A stretch of 64,000 bases of DNA from Marsupella aquatica (Eukaryota > Plantae > Marchantiophyta). The notes beneath the pieces are model-generated. The model had not been told where the DNA came from. It searched no databases and saw only the letters and a program-made list of their open reading frames with translations. Of this stretch, positions 62,488 to 64,000 are shown one piece after another; within the stretch, counting starts at the first letter, position 1, and every line of letters begins with the position of its first letter. The DNA is taken from NCBI GenBank assembly GCA_973895155.1, contig OZ316896.1, forward strand, positions 5,027,925 to 5,091,924, read 5' to 3'. Position numbers and translations under genes: made by a program.

Positions 62488-64000
62488 AGGATATGTAATA
62501 TATTTTTTCATAAATACATAAACAAGAGCAGAATCAATTACCTGCTTTCCTTACTTCCCTTCCTCAAGTTGTATCTGATCAGAACTTTGAAATTGATCTT
62601 GGCTGTGTTTGATCTGCAATTGTTGTCCTCGACAATCGGTGGATCTCTTAGCTTCGTGGTGATTACCACTACGGGAGGTTTTCATTGCTTTTCTGCCCAA
62701 CTTCTTCAGCAACTAACTCAGCAGAGTTATTCTGCTACTTCAATATCTTGGCTACTCCCAATGGGAGCAGACGCCATATCTCTTGGTGGTCCGCCACCTT
62801 GAATCGTTGGCCTGTTGCTACTGTTTCTATGACAAGAAAGACAAATTGAAAACTTCAATATCTTTCTTCTTGCTCCAATGGGAGCGGGCGCCACAATTAA
62901 TGGTTGTTGGCCCGAATCCATCAAGGATCAAATCGACCTACTTTCCTTGGATGAAAGTATTGTAACCATCGAGGGCCACTCTGCCATCGAGGGCAAGGGA
63001 TGGGGCCGGGTCGCTACGGAAATGGATACTACCTCAGTTGCTTGCCAAGCGCAGGGAGGCCCTGCCTTACGATTGATGCTCTGAGCTGTTTTGGATCCTG
63101 AGACCCCTAGTTTGACAGTATTTGACAGATCCCATAACTTTGCTAGCATTTGACAGACCGCAGAAGCAAGTACTCCACGGTACCTTTCTGGCTAGTACCA
63201 CGGACGTAATTTAGGTCTAATAATCCTGATCTCTTTTCTGATACTTCCTCTTTAGGTATACGATTTTCTCTCAGCTGAAGCCCGAGAACGCGGCTGGATT
63301 CTCATCTAGAAATTGCAAATCATGTACGCCCTTCAACGAGGATATCAAAGATGATAACTCACAAACTGAGAAAGTGACCATGAATTTCATTGTTCGTAAG
63401 TAGGATTTACCAATGTCAAAAGGGTGTTCAAAATTTTTCAGCTTTGGTGCGCAAAACTCTCAGTTGCTGAAAACACTGCAAACACAGAAAGCTTGCTCTT
63501 TAGCTATTTCATGTGGATCGAGCAAATCTGATTGACAGCGAGTTTGCTTCTCAACGACAAAGCTTCGCAGTTCTTGCATCCTTGTCATTCGTACTTAAGC
63601 CTTGGGGATTTGGTAACCTTACGGATTTCCCCATCCTTACAACTCATTTGCCATTTGAAGCTAGTAGGCCATCAAGTAGGCCTGTATGTCGATGTAGAGC
63701 TCGGACCGTAGGCCATCTACTCTCGAGTAGAAGCAGAATCAATGCTCTTGTTGCGGATTTTTCCAAAAATATCTTAATGCACGAAGAGCGAATCAAAACA
63801 GTACAGATCAGCTGGTCAGCGATATAATCTCCAATAGAATGATCTCTCTATTGCGATTCGACCGACCGATAGAGGTCCCGAAAGAAGACAAAAACCTTTG
63901 GAAAGCAACACAAGCTAGTCCAGGTTGGCCTCGAGACCGAACACAGCGGAGAAGGTACTAGCTCTGAAGGGAACTATTTCTGTTGAACGACGTCATCTCT

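Noticed and set aside
1-64000. tRNA, rRNA, snRNA and conserved miRNA genes
   Set aside because: No hallmark sequences were recognised by eye; an Infernal/tRNAscan-SE run would be needed to exclude them formally.

Overview
Eukaryotic land-plant genomic DNA, probably a bryophyte or liverwort (inferred from GT-AG introns, protein families, long leaders and CpG-rich islands). Four intact genes can be reconstructed by hand. Two are a tandem pair of 9-exon ENT3-type equilibrative nucleoside transporters (3139-7268 and 11549-15722, +, 415 aa each). The others are a single-exon Ser-rich DUF688-like protein (33109-34824, +) and a 4-exon DNase I-like EEP protein (58037-61494, +, 679 aa). The rest is accessory DNA: a decayed Myb/SANT-like ORF of probable Harbinger origin, Tourist- and Mutator-type MITEs with TSDs, a Copia-type solo LTR nested in an older related LTR, a dispersed ~250-bp repeat family, probable F-box pseudogene remnants, tandem repeats and isolated CpG-rich islands. 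The most notable observations are a purely non-synonymous substitution cluster in the substrate-binding TM8 of one ENT paralogue, a conserved candidate poison exon in ENT intron 1, Asp/Asn swaps at EEP catalytic motifs, a miRNA-like hairpin at ~62.4 kb, and repeated abutment of one repeat family against GC-rich islands. No tRNA, rRNA or CRISPR array was seen. Family assignments come from recalled motifs, not database searches. I cannot support a wholly new biological system from sequence alone.
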